This document shows positions 20,152-31,582 of a DNA stretch of 64,000 bases, one piece after another. The stretch covers positions 24,296 through 88,295 of the forward strand of contig JANXWC010000036.1 of NCBI GenBank assembly GCA_025351355.1, in the 5' to 3' direction. Source of the DNA: Hyphomicrobiaceae bacterium (GTDB taxonomy: Bacteria; Pseudomonadota; Alphaproteobacteria; Rhizobiales; Hyphomicrobiaceae). The notes below the pieces were generated by a model, which was not told the origin of the DNA, did not search any database, and saw nothing but the letters and a program-made list of their open reading frames with translations. The position numbers were made by a program, and so were the translations under genes. The number at the start of each line of letters is the position of its first letter. The first letter of the stretch is position 1.

Positions 20152-21201
20152 CTAGGGGATCATCTTGCTTCCAGTTCGCGCCGGACCACCCGTTGCTACT
20201 ATTGCGGCAGTTCCGCCTGGCGAGTCCGCACGTTTTTCGCCAGCGGCAGGAACATATTCGGCCTCTTTGCACGAACACCCGTGCACATACTCTTTTGTAT
20301 ATTTGAACGCCGTCCTCAAATTTGTGTAGGGGGTTTGGGACTTTGCTGACAAGGACTGCCGAATGTCTGCTCCGGGGTTCTGATAGTAGTAAAGTTCAAC
20401 CGGAGCAGCGCACCGTGACTGGCATTGTTCTGCGTCGCGGCCAAAATGGTTTGGCAACGTCGAAAAGCTGACCGGGAAGAAAAATCCATCGCAGAGTCTG
20501 ACACAGACGGTCCGATACGTCGCAAATGGTAGCGATCCGAAATTGTTTTCGCTTCGAACGCCATCATCCTCAGGCCCCGAGCCTCCGAAGATAGAGTTGT
20601 CTCCGCCATCCCGCTTGCGGGCTTCCTGGACATATTGGCTGCCACATCCATTGCGGGCTAATTCTCGAATAATGTCATCTTGGTAGGACCGCTCGGATGA
20701 GCCCTGTAATTGCTGTCGCTGAATCGAGAGTTCTGAAACACGACGCTTCGCTGCTTCCAGCTGACCGGATGCCTGCAAGCATTGCGGGCTACGTCGCAAT
20801 GTCTTAGAAAACAAGAAATATTCAAAACAATCGCCGCGATCGAGTTGCTGCTGTGCCTGCGCCGCTGTTCGATCCTGCTGTCGCATTTCTTCTTCGATGC
20901 GCGGCAGTTGGCTGCGCCCCTGGTTGCCACGTTGACCCTCCGCGACGAGCCGTTGCTCCAGTTGTGTGCACACGGGCCCGCCTTGTGACGGCGCACGTGA
21001 AACCGGCGGTTGGATTCCTGCAGGCGGGATGGGGGCAGGCGGTGCCCGATAAAGCGGCTCCTTGGGTCGCGGTGACTCTTGAGAAAACGGCCACCAACCC
21101 TGCGCACAAGCGCTCTCTTGGCTCGCGACCCAGCAGGTCACAGCCAACAATGCAGCGCCCAGGGCGGGGGTGATCCGCCGCGATTTGCCCCGCGGTGTCA
21201 T
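20152..21201 (-). CDS. secreted DUF2865-like cysteine-rich protein
   Basis: Signal peptide, a Q/R-rich helical middle, and C-terminal YRTVCVRLCDGFFFPVSF...CQSRC...GCSCK, which I recall as DUF2865. ATG 21201 follows GGAGC. Confidence 0.65.
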   Translation of the reverse strand: MTPRGKSRRITPALGAALLAVTCWVASQESACAQGWWPFSQESPRPKEPLYRAPPAPIPPAGIQPPVSRAPSQGGPVCTQLEQRLVAEGQRGNQGRSQLPRIEEEMRQQDRTAAQAQQQLDRGDCFEYFLFSKTLRRSPQCLQASGQLEAAKRRVSELSIQRQQLQGSSERSYQDDIIRELARNGCGSQYVQEARKRDGGDNSIFGGSGPEDDGVRSENNFGSLPFATYRTVCVRLCDGFFFPVSFSTLPNHFGRDAEQCQSRCAAPVELYYYQNPGADIRQSLSAKSQTPYTNLRTAFKYTKEYVHGCSCKEAEYVPAAGEKRADSPGGTAAIVATGGPARTGSKMIP

Positions 21202-21474
21202 ACTTGCTCCGATCCGCCAGAACGACATGATTTGAGGCGGAGATTTAGCGTACTCTACACCCATTTGGGTAGGGTGCGATTGCAGCGCAAATGCGGCAAT
21301 CCACTACTGTCTGACTTGCGCAGACCGATCCCTGCTTAAATCCTCTAAACACGTAAGCATTCCGGAGCAACATCCCAGATCCTCTATCGGCGCGGTTGCG
21401 CAATTGGCATCTTGTTGTACTCTGTGACCGAACTTTGCCGCGCAAGTGTCCAGCAGCCAGCCCCGAGGAAGTCT

Positions 21475-22349
21475 ATGAGGTACGAAGCACCTGAATCGGT
21501 TGAGAAGGCATGCCAATTGCTTGCCGATGATGTCGGCCACGCAAGGATCCTTGCGGGCGGAACTGACCTGCTCGTCCAGATCAAAACTGACGTGCTCGAT
21601 CCATCTTTGCTTATTGACATCAAGAAGATTCAAGAATTGCGCGAAATTAATACGGGTTCCGGAGGTTTCAGAATCGGGGCCGCTGTGACTGGTGCAGAGC
21701 TAAAGGAACATGATGGTTTGCGCGCCGCTTGGCCGGGCATCGTTGAAGCTGCAAACCTGATTGGGTCAACCCAAGTGCAAGGGCGGGCCACGCTCGGCGG
21801 AAATCTTTGCAATGGGTCGCCAGCGGCCGACAGTGTGCCCGCACTTATTGCAGCTGGTGCCAAGGTAGTGATCGCTGGACCGAATGGCCGTCGCGAGTTG
21901 CCGGTTGAGGACATTATGGTTGGTGTTCGCAAGTTGGCTTTGACAAAGGGGGAGTTGATCGTCAGCTTCATTGTGCCGCCAAGGCCAAAGCAAGGAGGCG
22001 ATGCCTATCTCCGATTTATTCCGCGTACCGAAATGGATATCGCCGTCGTTGGGTGCGGCGTCAGTTTGCAACTGGATGCCGATGGCACTTGTACGTTCGC
22101 GCGCTTAGCACTGGGAGCCGTTGCGGAGCGCCCCTTATTGGTGGGAGACGCCGCCAAAGCCCTGATAGGCAGCAAGCTGGACGCAAAAGCGGTTGATGTT
22201 GCGGCGGCGGCGGCCAGCGCGGCCTGCCGCCCTATAGACGATAAGCGAGGCACCAAAGCATTCCGCATCAAGGTGGCAGCCGTATTAGCGCGCCGCACGA
22301 TTCAAATTGCGCTCGATCGCGCTCATGGCAAAACGGGGACGACGCACTG

Positions 22350-22350
<1 letters not shown>
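21475..22350 (+). CDS. molybdenum hydroxylase FAD-binding (medium) subunit, CoxM/XdhB-like
   Basis: MRYEAPESVEKA...ILAGGTDLLVQIK FAD_binding_5 pattern. The stop overlaps the next start. Confidence 0.85.
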
Positions 22351-22826
<476 letters not shown>

Positions 22827-22828
22827 AC

Positions 22829-25138
22829 ATGCAAGATAAAGCAAAATCGCCAATGAGCAGTGAATTTTCCGTTGTCGGCACACGTCCAGTGCGGCCGGAC
22901 GGTGTCGACAAGGTCACTGGCCGAGCGCGTTTTGGCGCTGATCTCAATCTATCCGGGCAGTTGACCGGTGCGGTGCTCAGGTCGCCGCACGTGCACGCCC
23001 GCGTGCTCAAGATCGACGTATCTCAGGCGCTGGCTCTAGAGGGTGTTAAAGCGGTCGTCACGCAGAAAGATTTTGCACCGCAAGTCAATTCAACGACGGC
23101 CTTCGGCGAAGGCACGCTCAATCTGATGCATATGCTGACTAACGTGCTTGCTGGCGACAAGGTTCTGTTTCACGGCCATCCCATCGCGGCTGTCGCAGCC
23201 ACTAACGCCGCCGTCGCCAAACGGGCCTTGAAGTTGATCAAAGTTGACTACGAGGTGTTGCCCCACGTGATAGATGTCGACGAAGCAATGGCACTTGGCG
23301 CGCCGTTGCTATTTCCAGACATGATAACGGAAGGCGTGAAGCCCGCGCCGACGACGCCGTCCAATATAGCCAAGCGGATCGACATCGTTCTGGGCGATGT
23401 CGAGGCCGGTTTCAAGGTCGCGGACGTCATTATCGAGCGTTCTTTTAAGACCGCCCCAGTACATCAAGGTTACATCGAGCCCCATGCCTGCGTGGCGACG
23501 GTTTCAGAAGACGGTCAAGCCGAGTTGTGGGTATCGACCCAAGGCCATTGGATCGTGCGCATGCTCTGCGCCAAACTGCTTGGCTGGGACATTAACAAAA
23601 TCAAAGTGACGGCTGCTGAAATCGGTGGTGGTTTCGGCGGCAAGACGGTTGTTTACCTTGAGCCGTTGGCGCTGCTGCTGTCGCAAAAATCTCGGCGGCC
23701 TGTGAAAATGGTCATGAGCCGCGAAGATGTTATTCGCGCTACAGGGCCGACATCCGGTTCAAGCATGACCGTCAAGATAGGTGCGACAAATGACGGGCGT
23801 ATCGTTGCCGGCGAAGCGCTGCTCAAATATCAGGCCGGAGCGCTGCCGGGGTCGCCGGTTGGCCCCGGTTGCATGTGTGCATTCGCGCCCTACGATTTAC
23901 CCAATGTGAAGGTGACGGGTTACGACGTCGTGTCTAACCGTCCCAAGGTTGCGGCCTATAGAGCACCAGGAGCACCCATTTCCGAGTACGCCGTTGAAGC
24001 GGTGGTCGACGAATTGGCCGCTACGCTGAAAATGGATCCAATTGAGTTCCGACTGAAGAACGTTGCCAAGCAAGGCACCAAGGCTGCCTACGGACCCAAA
24101 TTTGGACCTGTCGGGATGGCCGAGTCCTTGGAGGCTGCCAAGGCGAGTGCGCACTGGCGTACACCTCTGGGAAAAAATCAGGGTCGTGGCGTTGCTGCAG
24201 GCTTTTGGTTCAATATCGGGGGCGAGACAACAGTATCGCTTGTTCTGAACGAAGATGGCACGCTTGGCTTGACGGCGGGGACGCCTGACATAGGCGGGCT
24301 ACGCGCTTCGCTTTGCATGATGGCTTCCGAGGAGTTGAAAGTTCCGCTGGAAAAAATCCGGGTTCAGATCGGCGATACAAATCAGCTCGGCTACAACTTT
24401 CTTACGGGTGGCTCCCGCTCGACGTTTTCTAGCGGAATGGCGACCGTAGAGGCCGCGCGCGACATCAAAAAGGAGGCGGTGCGTCGGGCAGCAAAGCTCT
24501 GGGAGCTGCCGGAAGAAGCTGTTGAATGGGATAGTGGATCCGGCTCGGTGCGGCCTGCTGGACCAAATGCTGGCAAGCACACGCCGATGACACTTGTCGA
24601 CATCGCCAGGATTGCCGGCAAAACGGGAGGTCCGATTGTCGGATACAGCAGGCTCAACGCGCACGGAGCGGCGCCAAGCTTCGCCTGTCACATTGCAGAC
24701 GTCGAAGTTGATCCAGAAACCGGCAAAGCCTCGATCGTGCGGTATACTGCGATACAGGATGCGGGACGTGCAATCCATCCCAGCTACGTCGAAGGGCAAT
24801 ATCAAGGCGGCGTCGCTCAAGGCATCGGCTGGGCACTGAACGAAGAGTACATCTACGGCACGGACGGCAAGTTGCAGAACGCGGGTTTCCTGGATTATCG
24901 AATTCCAGTCGCCTCGGACCTGCCAATGCTCGACACGATCATCATTGAGGTGCCAAATCCAACGCATCCCTACGGCGTACGTGGCGTTGGCGAGACCTGC
25001 ATCATTCCACCGCTAGCCGCGATCTCGAACGCAATGAGCATGGCGACGGGAGTGCGATTTGCCGAATTGCCAATGTCGCCACCAAAGGTGTTAGCAGCGC
25101 TCGATAAGGCCAGAGCCGCGAATACTGCAAAGATGTGA
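22829..25138 (+). CDS. molybdopterin-binding large subunit of the xanthine dehydrogenase/aldehyde oxidase family
   Basis: About 770 aa with Ald_Xan_dh-type layout. ATG 22829 lies 10 nt after AGGAG. The active-site loop reads AAYRAPGAP, not the CO-dehydrogenase VAYRCSFR. Confidence 0.85.
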   Translation: MQDKAKSPMSSEFSVVGTRPVRPDGVDKVTGRARFGADLNLSGQLTGAVLRSPHVHARVLKIDVSQALALEGVKAVVTQKDFAPQVNSTTAFGEGTLNLMHMLTNVLAGDKVLFHGHPIAAVAATNAAVAKRALKLIKVDYEVLPHVIDVDEAMALGAPLLFPDMITEGVKPAPTTPSNIAKRIDIVLGDVEAGFKVADVIIERSFKTAPVHQGYIEPHACVATVSEDGQAELWVSTQGHWIVRMLCAKLLGWDINKIKVTAAEIGGGFGGKTVVYLEPLALLLSQKSRRPVKMVMSREDVIRATGPTSGSSMTVKIGATNDGRIVAGEALLKYQAGALPGSPVGPGCMCAFAPYDLPNVKVTGYDVVSNRPKVAAYRAPGAPISEYAVEAVVDELAATLKMDPIEFRLKNVAKQGTKAAYGPKFGPVGMAESLEAAKASAHWRTPLGKNQGRGVAAGFWFNIGGETTVSLVLNEDGTLGLTAGTPDIGGLRASLCMMASEELKVPLEKIRVQIGDTNQLGYNFLTGGSRSTFSSGMATVEAARDIKKEAVRRAAKLWELPEEAVEWDSGSGSVRPAGPNAGKHTPMTLVDIARIAGKTGGPIVGYSRLNAHGAAPSFACHIADVEVDPETGKASIVRYTAIQDAGRAIHPSYVEGQYQGGVAQGIGWALNEEYIYGTDGKLQNAGFLDYRIPVASDLPMLDTIIIEVPNPTHPYGVRGVGETCIIPPLAAISNAMSMATGVRFAELPMSPPKVLAALDKARAANTAKM

Positions 25139-25146
25139 GTTGGGCG

Positions 25147-25176
25147 GAAAGGCTGAAATTAGGATTTCAGCCTTTC
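25147..25176. terminator. 13-bp perfect hairpin between convergent genes (putative bidirectional terminator)
   Basis: GAAAGGCTGAAAT-tagg-ATTTCAGCCTTTC read directly. Lies between the coxL-like stop (25138) and the RND gene stop (25200). No clear U-tract. Confidence 0.6.
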
Positions 25177-25199
25177 TGTATGGGCCGCCGTCGCGAAAT

Positions 25200-28100
25200 T
25201 TATTCCGCCAGTACAACTCTTGGCTCCAATAATCGCTCTTTGCCGGTCAGTTTATGATGCAAACGGTCGAGCAACAAATAGACCGCGGGCGTCGTGTAAA
25301 GCGTAAGGATCTGGCTTACTACCAGTCCACCGATGATGGTGATTCCGAGTGGTCGCCGAAGCTCGGCGCCCGGCCCTGTCGCAATAGCCAGAGGGATTGC
25401 TCCGAGCAGAGAAGCAAGTGTCGTCATCAGGATCGGCCGGAAGCGAGCACGAGCGGCCTCAAAAATAGCTTGCTCTGGGGTAAGGCCACGAGTTCGTTCC
25501 CCCTCCAGCGCGAAGTCTACCAGCATAATGCCGTTCTTTTTGACGATCCCGATCAGCAGGATGATGCCGATGAACGCTATCAAAGACAACTCCATCCCGT
25601 ACATCTGCAGCGCGACGAGCGCACCTAGGCCTGCTGACGGCAGCGTCGATATGATCGTCAGCGGATGCGCAAGGCTCTCATAGAGAACGCCGAGTACGAT
25701 ATAGACGGCCAGAAGTGCAGCCACAATTAGCAGCGGCTGTGACCCGGCTTGGTTTGCAAAAGCTTTTGCATCACCGGCAGCTTCCGCATGGATCGATTCG
25801 GGCAAGTTCAGTTGGGCGATGGTCGATTGCAGCGATTTGCGCGCGTCGTCGATAGATGCACCTTCCGTCAGATTGTAGCTGATCGTAACTGCCGGGAACG
25901 GCCCTTGATGATTGACAACTAGCGGAGCCAACCCCGCTTCAATTTTCAGCACGTTAGTGAGCGGCACCTGGATCCCCTTTGCACCGGCAACGAACATGCG
26001 ATCGAGATCGCTTGGACCTCGCTGGTACCGTGGGTCAACTTCGAGAATGACGCGGTATTGATTGCGGGCACCGTAGATCAACGAAACCTGGCGTTGAGCA
26101 AAGGCATTGTTCAAAGCGTTGTTGATGTCAGCAGTCGAAACGCCAAGGCGTGCGCTAGCTTGTCTGTCAATTGTAATGTTGAGTTGATTTCCCCCTTGTT
26201 CGCGATCCGTCGTCACATCGACGAAGTTCGCAAGATGTCGGACGCGGTCAAGAACTTTGGGCACCGCCGCGTACAACTCATCGACGTCCGATCCCCAGAG
26301 CGTAAATTGGTAGTTAGATTTGCTCTGTCGACCACCGGCGCGAACGTCCTGCACTGGGAACATGAAAGTCCCAATCCCTTCCACCGAATTAAGCGGGCGT
26401 CGCAACCGATCGATCACCTGTTGCGATGTCTTGCCGTCGCGTTCGTCGAGTGGCTTCAAAGCAATGAACATGCGACCGGTATTGGAGGTGGCATTAAAAA
26501 AAGATGCGCCAGTTGATGCGCCGATATGAGCGACAGCCGGATCTTTCAGAATGATGTCGACCAGCTTCAGTTGCAACTCGTTCATCTTTTCGAACGAGAT
26601 GTCGGCAGCCGCCTCAGTCTGCGCTGAAATCAGACCGGCATCGTCTTGCGGAAAGAAGCCTTTGGGCGTCTTGACATAAAGATTGACAGTGGCGGCGATG
26701 ACGGCCAGCAGAACGACTAATGTCGACCATTTCCAGCGGATAACAACTGCCAAAGTATTGGCATAGGCAGTCTCCATGGCGGTCAGGCTTCCCTCGACAA
26801 TCCGATCGAATAACGAGGCGTTCGCGCTTGCGGCCCCCTTGACGAAGTGAGCGCAGATCATCGGCGTGACAGACAGCGAGACGGCAGTCGAAATTATGAT
26901 GGCAAATGCCAGCGTGATCGAGAACTCGCGCAGCATCCCGCCGACGACTCCGCCCATGAACAACAGCGGGATGAATGCCGCGAGCAGCGAGATGGAAATC
27001 GAGATAACCGTAAATCCGATCTGGCGCGCACCTGCCAGGGCCGCGCGCATCGGCGACAATCCCGCCTCCATATTGCGAAACATGTTTTCGATCATGACGA
27101 TCGCATCGTCGACAACGAACCCAACCGACACGGCAAGCGCCATCAGTGTGAGATTGTTTATCGAAAAATGCGCGAGCCACATGGCGGCAAGAGTGCCAGC
27201 CAGCGACAACGGCACGGTTATGCCAGCTGCAATAGTTGGGCTGGCGCGGCGCAAGAATAAGAACACAACAAGCATGACCAGGACGATCGCCAAAGTCAGC
27301 GTAAATTCCATATCGCGAACCGATGCACGGATCGTCAACGTGCGATCGCTCATGATCGTGAAGTCAATTCCCGCCGGCACAAAGCGTTGCAGTTCCGGCA
27401 GTAGCTCTTTTACCCGGTCGACGGTGTCGATGACATTGGCCTCTCCATCCTTGGTGATGAACAATAGGACAGATGGATCACGGTCGAATGTGGCAGCAGA
27501 GCGCGTATTGCGTGTCCCCTGTTCAACAGTTGCCACGTCGGAAAGACGGATTACGTTGCCGCTGGCCGCCTTGACGACGAGCTTCTTGTAGTCATCCACC
27601 GAGAGCAATTGTGCGTTCGTTTCAATAGCCGTCAAAGTTGTTGTGCCGTCGATGGCGCCGAGTGGAGTGACTGTATTGGCGTTGGTCAAAGCGACGCGAA
27701 CGTCCTCGATCGAGAGGCCGACTGATGACAATAAGCCGGGGTTCACTTTCACACGAATGGCCGGTTGCTCCGCCCCGGAAATCGTGACTTGGGCGACGCC
27801 TTCAACTTGCGCGATCCTTTGAGCGATAACGGTATCGGCAACGTCATAAATTGCACTGCCTGGCATCGTTTTTGACGTCAAAGCCACGATGAGGATCGGA
27901 GCGGCCGCAGGATTGGCTTTCCGGAAAGCCGGCAGCGCCGGCAAGTCATTTGGCAAATCTGCAAGTGCCGCATTTATGGCTGCTTGCACATCGCGAGCGG
28001 CATTGTCGATTTTACGCGACGGGTCGAACATCAATGAAATTCGTGTTGAGCCCAGACCATTTGATGACGTAATTTCGCTGACGCCAGAGATTTCGCCCAG

Positions 28101-28322
28101 TCGGCGCTCAAGCGGCGCGGCGACGGTTGCGGCCATCGTCGCCGGATCGGCGCCTGGGCGACCAGCCGTGACGTTAATGAAAGGAATGGCGAAGTTCGGC
28201 AGGCTAGACACTGGCAGAAATTTGAACGCAATTGCTCCAGCCAAGGTCAGACCGATCGCCAACAACGTTGTGCCGATGGGACGCAGAATAAATGGCCGCG
28301 AAAAATTCATCCGTAAATCCAT
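25200..28322 (-). CDS. mdtC: RND multidrug efflux permease, MdtC-like
   Basis: 1040 aa with 12-TM AcrB/MdtB/MdtC architecture (FSRPFILRPIGTTLL N-terminus). Third gene of the adaptor-RND-RND operon. ATG 28310 is an alternative start. Confidence 0.8.
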   Translation of the reverse strand: MDLRMNFSRPFILRPIGTTLLAIGLTLAGAIAFKFLPVSSLPNFAIPFINVTAGRPGADPATMAATVAAPLERRLGEISGVSEITSSNGLGSTRISLMFDPSRKIDNAARDVQAAINAALADLPNDLPALPAFRKANPAAAPILIVALTSKTMPGSAIYDVADTVIAQRIAQVEGVAQVTISGAEQPAIRVKVNPGLLSSVGLSIEDVRVALTNANTVTPLGAIDGTTTLTAIETNAQLLSVDDYKKLVVKAASGNVIRLSDVATVEQGTRNTRSAATFDRDPSVLLFITKDGEANVIDTVDRVKELLPELQRFVPAGIDFTIMSDRTLTIRASVRDMEFTLTLAIVLVMLVVFLFLRRASPTIAAGITVPLSLAGTLAAMWLAHFSINNLTLMALAVSVGFVVDDAIVMIENMFRNMEAGLSPMRAALAGARQIGFTVISISISLLAAFIPLLFMGGVVGGMLREFSITLAFAIIISTAVSLSVTPMICAHFVKGAASANASLFDRIVEGSLTAMETAYANTLAVVIRWKWSTLVVLLAVIAATVNLYVKTPKGFFPQDDAGLISAQTEAAADISFEKMNELQLKLVDIILKDPAVAHIGASTGASFFNATSNTGRMFIALKPLDERDGKTSQQVIDRLRRPLNSVEGIGTFMFPVQDVRAGGRQSKSNYQFTLWGSDVDELYAAVPKVLDRVRHLANFVDVTTDREQGGNQLNITIDRQASARLGVSTADINNALNNAFAQRQVSLIYGARNQYRVILEVDPRYQRGPSDLDRMFVAGAKGIQVPLTNVLKIEAGLAPLVVNHQGPFPAVTISYNLTEGASIDDARKSLQSTIAQLNLPESIHAEAAGDAKAFANQAGSQPLLIVAALLAVYIVLGVLYESLAHPLTIISTLPSAGLGALVALQMYGMELSLIAFIGIILLIGIVKKNGIMLVDFALEGERTRGLTPEQAIFEAARARFRPILMTTLASLLGAIPLAIATGPGAELRRPLGITIIGGLVVSQILTLYTTPAVYLLLDRLHHKLTGKERLLEPRVVLAE

Positions 28323-28375
28323 CGGGTGCGAAGTGGGGTAAGCTGTGTGTCGTGGGACCTCGTCATTCAGACTGC

Positions 28376-31300
28376 CTATTCAGCCGCTCGCTGTTGTGTT
28401 GCAGCAATCGCATTTGAGCCTTCTGCGTGCGCATTACCTACCCCGCGCGCGAGCCGCGCGCGCAGCCGTTCCATTGCCAGGTAAATGACCGGGGTCGTAT
28501 AGAGCGTCAGCAGTTGCGATAGCAGCAGGCCGCCGATGATAGTTACGCCAAGGGGATAACGCAGTTCGGCGCCTGTACCGCGCTCAAGCGCAAGTGGCAG
28601 GGCGCCGAAAAGCGCGGCCATCGTCGTCATCATAATCGGGCGGAATCGTAACCTGCAGGCTTCGACGATCGATTGCTCCGGTGTCAGCCCGCGCGTGCGC
28701 TCTGCATCCAGCGCAAAGTCTATCATCATGATGGCGTTTTTCTTGACGATACCCATCAGCAATACGATGCCAATAAGGGCGACGAGCGACAGATCAATGC
28801 GGCAAATCATCAGTGCCAACACGGCGCCTATGCCCGCTGATGGTAGTGTCGTGAGGATCGTAAACGGGTGGATGAAGCTTTCATAGAGGACGCCAAGTAC
28901 GATATAGATCGTGACGATCGCCGCGAATATGAGCCATGGCTGGCTGGCAAGTGATTTCGAAAATTCTGCTGCGTCGCCTGAATAGGTACCGACGATAAGG
29001 CCAGGCATTTCGGCCGAATTCTGGGCTGCATCAATAGCAGCAACCGCATCCCCCAACGACGCGCCTGGCGCGAGATTGAAGCTTAGCGTCGCTGAGGGAA
29101 ACTGCTCCTGGTGGTTGTTGGTGAGGGGCGCCTGGATTCGTGAGATTTTTGCAATGGCGTTCAATGGCACCTGTGAGCCTGTAACGGAAGGCACGTAGAG
29201 GCGGGCCAGGGCCTGGGGATCAGACTGATATTGCGGCAATGCCTCGAGCACAACTCGATACTGATTGGATTGAGCATAGATCGTCGAAATTTGGCGTTGG
29301 CCAAAGGCATCGTTGAGCGCGTCGTTAAGTGCTTGCATTGATACGCCGAGCCGGCCGGCGCTATCACGATCGAGTTTTACAAAGGCACGTAATCCGCCCT
29401 CTTGAGTGTCGACCGTCAAGTTGCGAAAGACTTCTGAAGTCGTCAGCTTTAGCCGCAGGGTGTCTGCCCAACGGTTGACTTCGGCGCCATCGCTGCCGGT
29501 CAAGGTGAATTGATATTGTGCACGCGTAGCGCGCGTCGAGATCTGTATGTCCTGCACCGATTGGAAAAACATCGTAACGCCGGGTATCGATGCGCTAGCC
29601 TGTTCAAGTTGCGGAATGATATCGGCCGCCGAACGCGAACGCTCCGATCGAGGTTTCAAAGTAATCTTGAGGGAACCAGCGTTTGGCGTTGTGTTGAGGG
29701 AAGATACGCCGACGACCGACACCACGACAGCGACGTCAGGGTCTTTTCGAATCTCGGTGGCGACCAGCCCCTGCAACCGGGACATTTCGTCGAAGGAAAC
29801 TTCGGGTCCGGCCTGGACAATGGCCGTGATCAGTCCGGTATCCTGTGACGGTAGGAAACCTTTGGGGACGACGACGTAAAGCGCGATCGTCACCACGAGC
29901 GTCAAAAAGGTGGCAAACAAGGTTGCTTTTTGATATCTCAAAATCACGGCAAGGCTGCGCATATAGGCGTCGACAGTGGCGTCGATAGAACTTGCAAAAA
30001 AACCGCGAGCCGTGCGGTTTGTCGCATCGTGTCTGACGTGTCTGAGAAGCATCGCGCACATCATTGGCGTGAGCGTCAAAGACACAACGGCAGAAACAAT
30101 CACTGCAATGGTGAGTGTAAGGGCGAACTCTCTGAACATGCGGCCGACCAGGCCGGTCATGAAAAGTAGAGGGATGAAAACTGCAATCAGTGACAGCGTT
30201 AGCGATATGACGGTGAAACCGATTTCACGCGCACCCTTGAGTGCGGCCTCCATCCGACCATCACCCTCTTCGATGTGTCGCACGATGTTTTCAATCATCA
30301 CGATTGCGTCGTCGACAACGAACCCAGTACCGATCGTCAGTGCCATAAGCGAAAGATTGTCGAGACTGAAACAACAGATCCACATCACGCCGAAGGTTGC
30401 GATCAGCGAGACCGGCAGCGCAACGCCAGCGATGATGGTCGCGCGCACCGATTGCAGGAACATCAAAACAACCAGAACGACCAAGCCAACTGCAAGTATC
30501 AGCGAGAACTGAACATCATGGACAGACGCGCGAATGGTTTCGGTGCGATCGTGGACTACCGTCAATTTGACGCCTGAAGGCATGCTGCGCGCCAGTTTTG
30601 GCAATTCGCCCTTCAGCCGATCTACGGTCTCTATCACGTTGGCGCCGGGTTGACGTTGAACGTTGATGATGACTGCAGGCGAGCCTTGATACCAACCGCC
30701 GACCTTGTTGTTTTCCAAGCCATCGATCACTTGCGCAACGTCCGACAATTGGACCGGCGCGCCGTTGCGGTAAGCGAGGATGATCGGCTTATAACTGTCG
30801 GCGCTTGTTATTTGGTCGTTAGCCGCAATCGTGTAGGATTGATAGGGTCCATCCAAGGATCCCTTGGGGCCGGCGACGTTGGCTCCGATAATCGCGGCAC
30901 GCAGATCGGCCATCGACAGCCCCATAGACGACAACTTGGCGAGGTCGGCCTGGATGCGGATGGCGGGCTTGATGCCGCCTTCGACGGAAACGTGACCGAC
31001 GCCCGAAACGGACGCCAAGCGTTGCGAAATCAAAGTATCAGCCATATCCGACAATTGGCGGAGTGATACGGTTTCGGAGGTGAGTGCAAGGGTTACGATG
31101 GCTGTGTCTGCGGGATTGACCTTGGCGTAGAGCGGCGGATAGGGCAGCGTACGTGGCAATGTCGAACCGGCAGCAGTGATTGCAGCCTGCACGTCCTGCG
31201 CTGCAGCATCGATGTCACGGTCGAGGCTGAACTGGAGCGTGATTTGGCTGATGCCATAGGATGACGACGACGTCATCGTGCTCAATGCCGGAATTTGGCC

Positions 31301-31582
31301 GAACTGCCGCTCCAATGGGGCGGTCACCAAATTGGACATCGTATCTGGGTTGGCACCGGGTAGTTGTGTCGTGATTTGAATGGTCGGGAAGTCGACTTGC
31401 GGAAGCGACGACACGGGAAGCCAAAGATAACCCAGCCATCCCGCCAACACGCATGCGACTGATAGCAGGGTTGTAGCAATCGGCCGCCTGATGAATGGAC
31501 CGGACACGCTGAGACCATGGTTGGTCGTCGTCAGATCATCTTGTGCATCAGAAGACGGCGGCGTGTCACGCGCAACGGTCAT
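28376..31582 (-). CDS. mdtB: RND multidrug efflux permease, MdtB-like
   Basis: 1068-aa paralogue of the downstream RND gene. 4-nt overlap with the adaptor gene. Confidence 0.8.
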   Translation of the reverse strand: MTVARDTPPSSDAQDDLTTTNHGLSVSGPFIRRPIATTLLSVACVLAGWLGYLWLPVSSLPQVDFPTIQITTQLPGANPDTMSNLVTAPLERQFGQIPALSTMTSSSSYGISQITLQFSLDRDIDAAAQDVQAAITAAGSTLPRTLPYPPLYAKVNPADTAIVTLALTSETVSLRQLSDMADTLISQRLASVSGVGHVSVEGGIKPAIRIQADLAKLSSMGLSMADLRAAIIGANVAGPKGSLDGPYQSYTIAANDQITSADSYKPIILAYRNGAPVQLSDVAQVIDGLENNKVGGWYQGSPAVIINVQRQPGANVIETVDRLKGELPKLARSMPSGVKLTVVHDRTETIRASVHDVQFSLILAVGLVVLVVLMFLQSVRATIIAGVALPVSLIATFGVMWICCFSLDNLSLMALTIGTGFVVDDAIVMIENIVRHIEEGDGRMEAALKGAREIGFTVISLTLSLIAVFIPLLFMTGLVGRMFREFALTLTIAVIVSAVVSLTLTPMMCAMLLRHVRHDATNRTARGFFASSIDATVDAYMRSLAVILRYQKATLFATFLTLVVTIALYVVVPKGFLPSQDTGLITAIVQAGPEVSFDEMSRLQGLVATEIRKDPDVAVVVSVVGVSSLNTTPNAGSLKITLKPRSERSRSAADIIPQLEQASASIPGVTMFFQSVQDIQISTRATRAQYQFTLTGSDGAEVNRWADTLRLKLTTSEVFRNLTVDTQEGGLRAFVKLDRDSAGRLGVSMQALNDALNDAFGQRQISTIYAQSNQYRVVLEALPQYQSDPQALARLYVPSVTGSQVPLNAIAKISRIQAPLTNNHQEQFPSATLSFNLAPGASLGDAVAAIDAAQNSAEMPGLIVGTYSGDAAEFSKSLASQPWLIFAAIVTIYIVLGVLYESFIHPFTILTTLPSAGIGAVLALMICRIDLSLVALIGIVLLMGIVKKNAIMMIDFALDAERTRGLTPEQSIVEACRLRFRPIMMTTMAALFGALPLALERGTGAELRYPLGVTIIGGLLLSQLLTLYTTPVIYLAMERLRARLARGVGNAHAEGSNAIAATQQRAAE

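Noticed and set aside
21289-21300. AAATGCGGCAAT as a possible third copy of the AATACGGCAATG block
   Set aside because: It matches 11 of 12 positions, has no accompanying AATTAATAG block and has different spacing to the flanking genes. This is within chance expectation.
24299-24967. 222-aa minus-strand ORF inside the molybdopterin subunit gene
   Set aside because: An antisense shadow ORF with no motifs. The plus-strand gene is well supported.
22829-25138. Possibility that CoxMSL is an aerobic carbon-monoxide dehydrogenase
   Set aside because: The diagnostic active-site loop VAYRCSFR (form I) is absent and the sequence reads AAYRAPGAP. No coxDEFG accessory genes are present.
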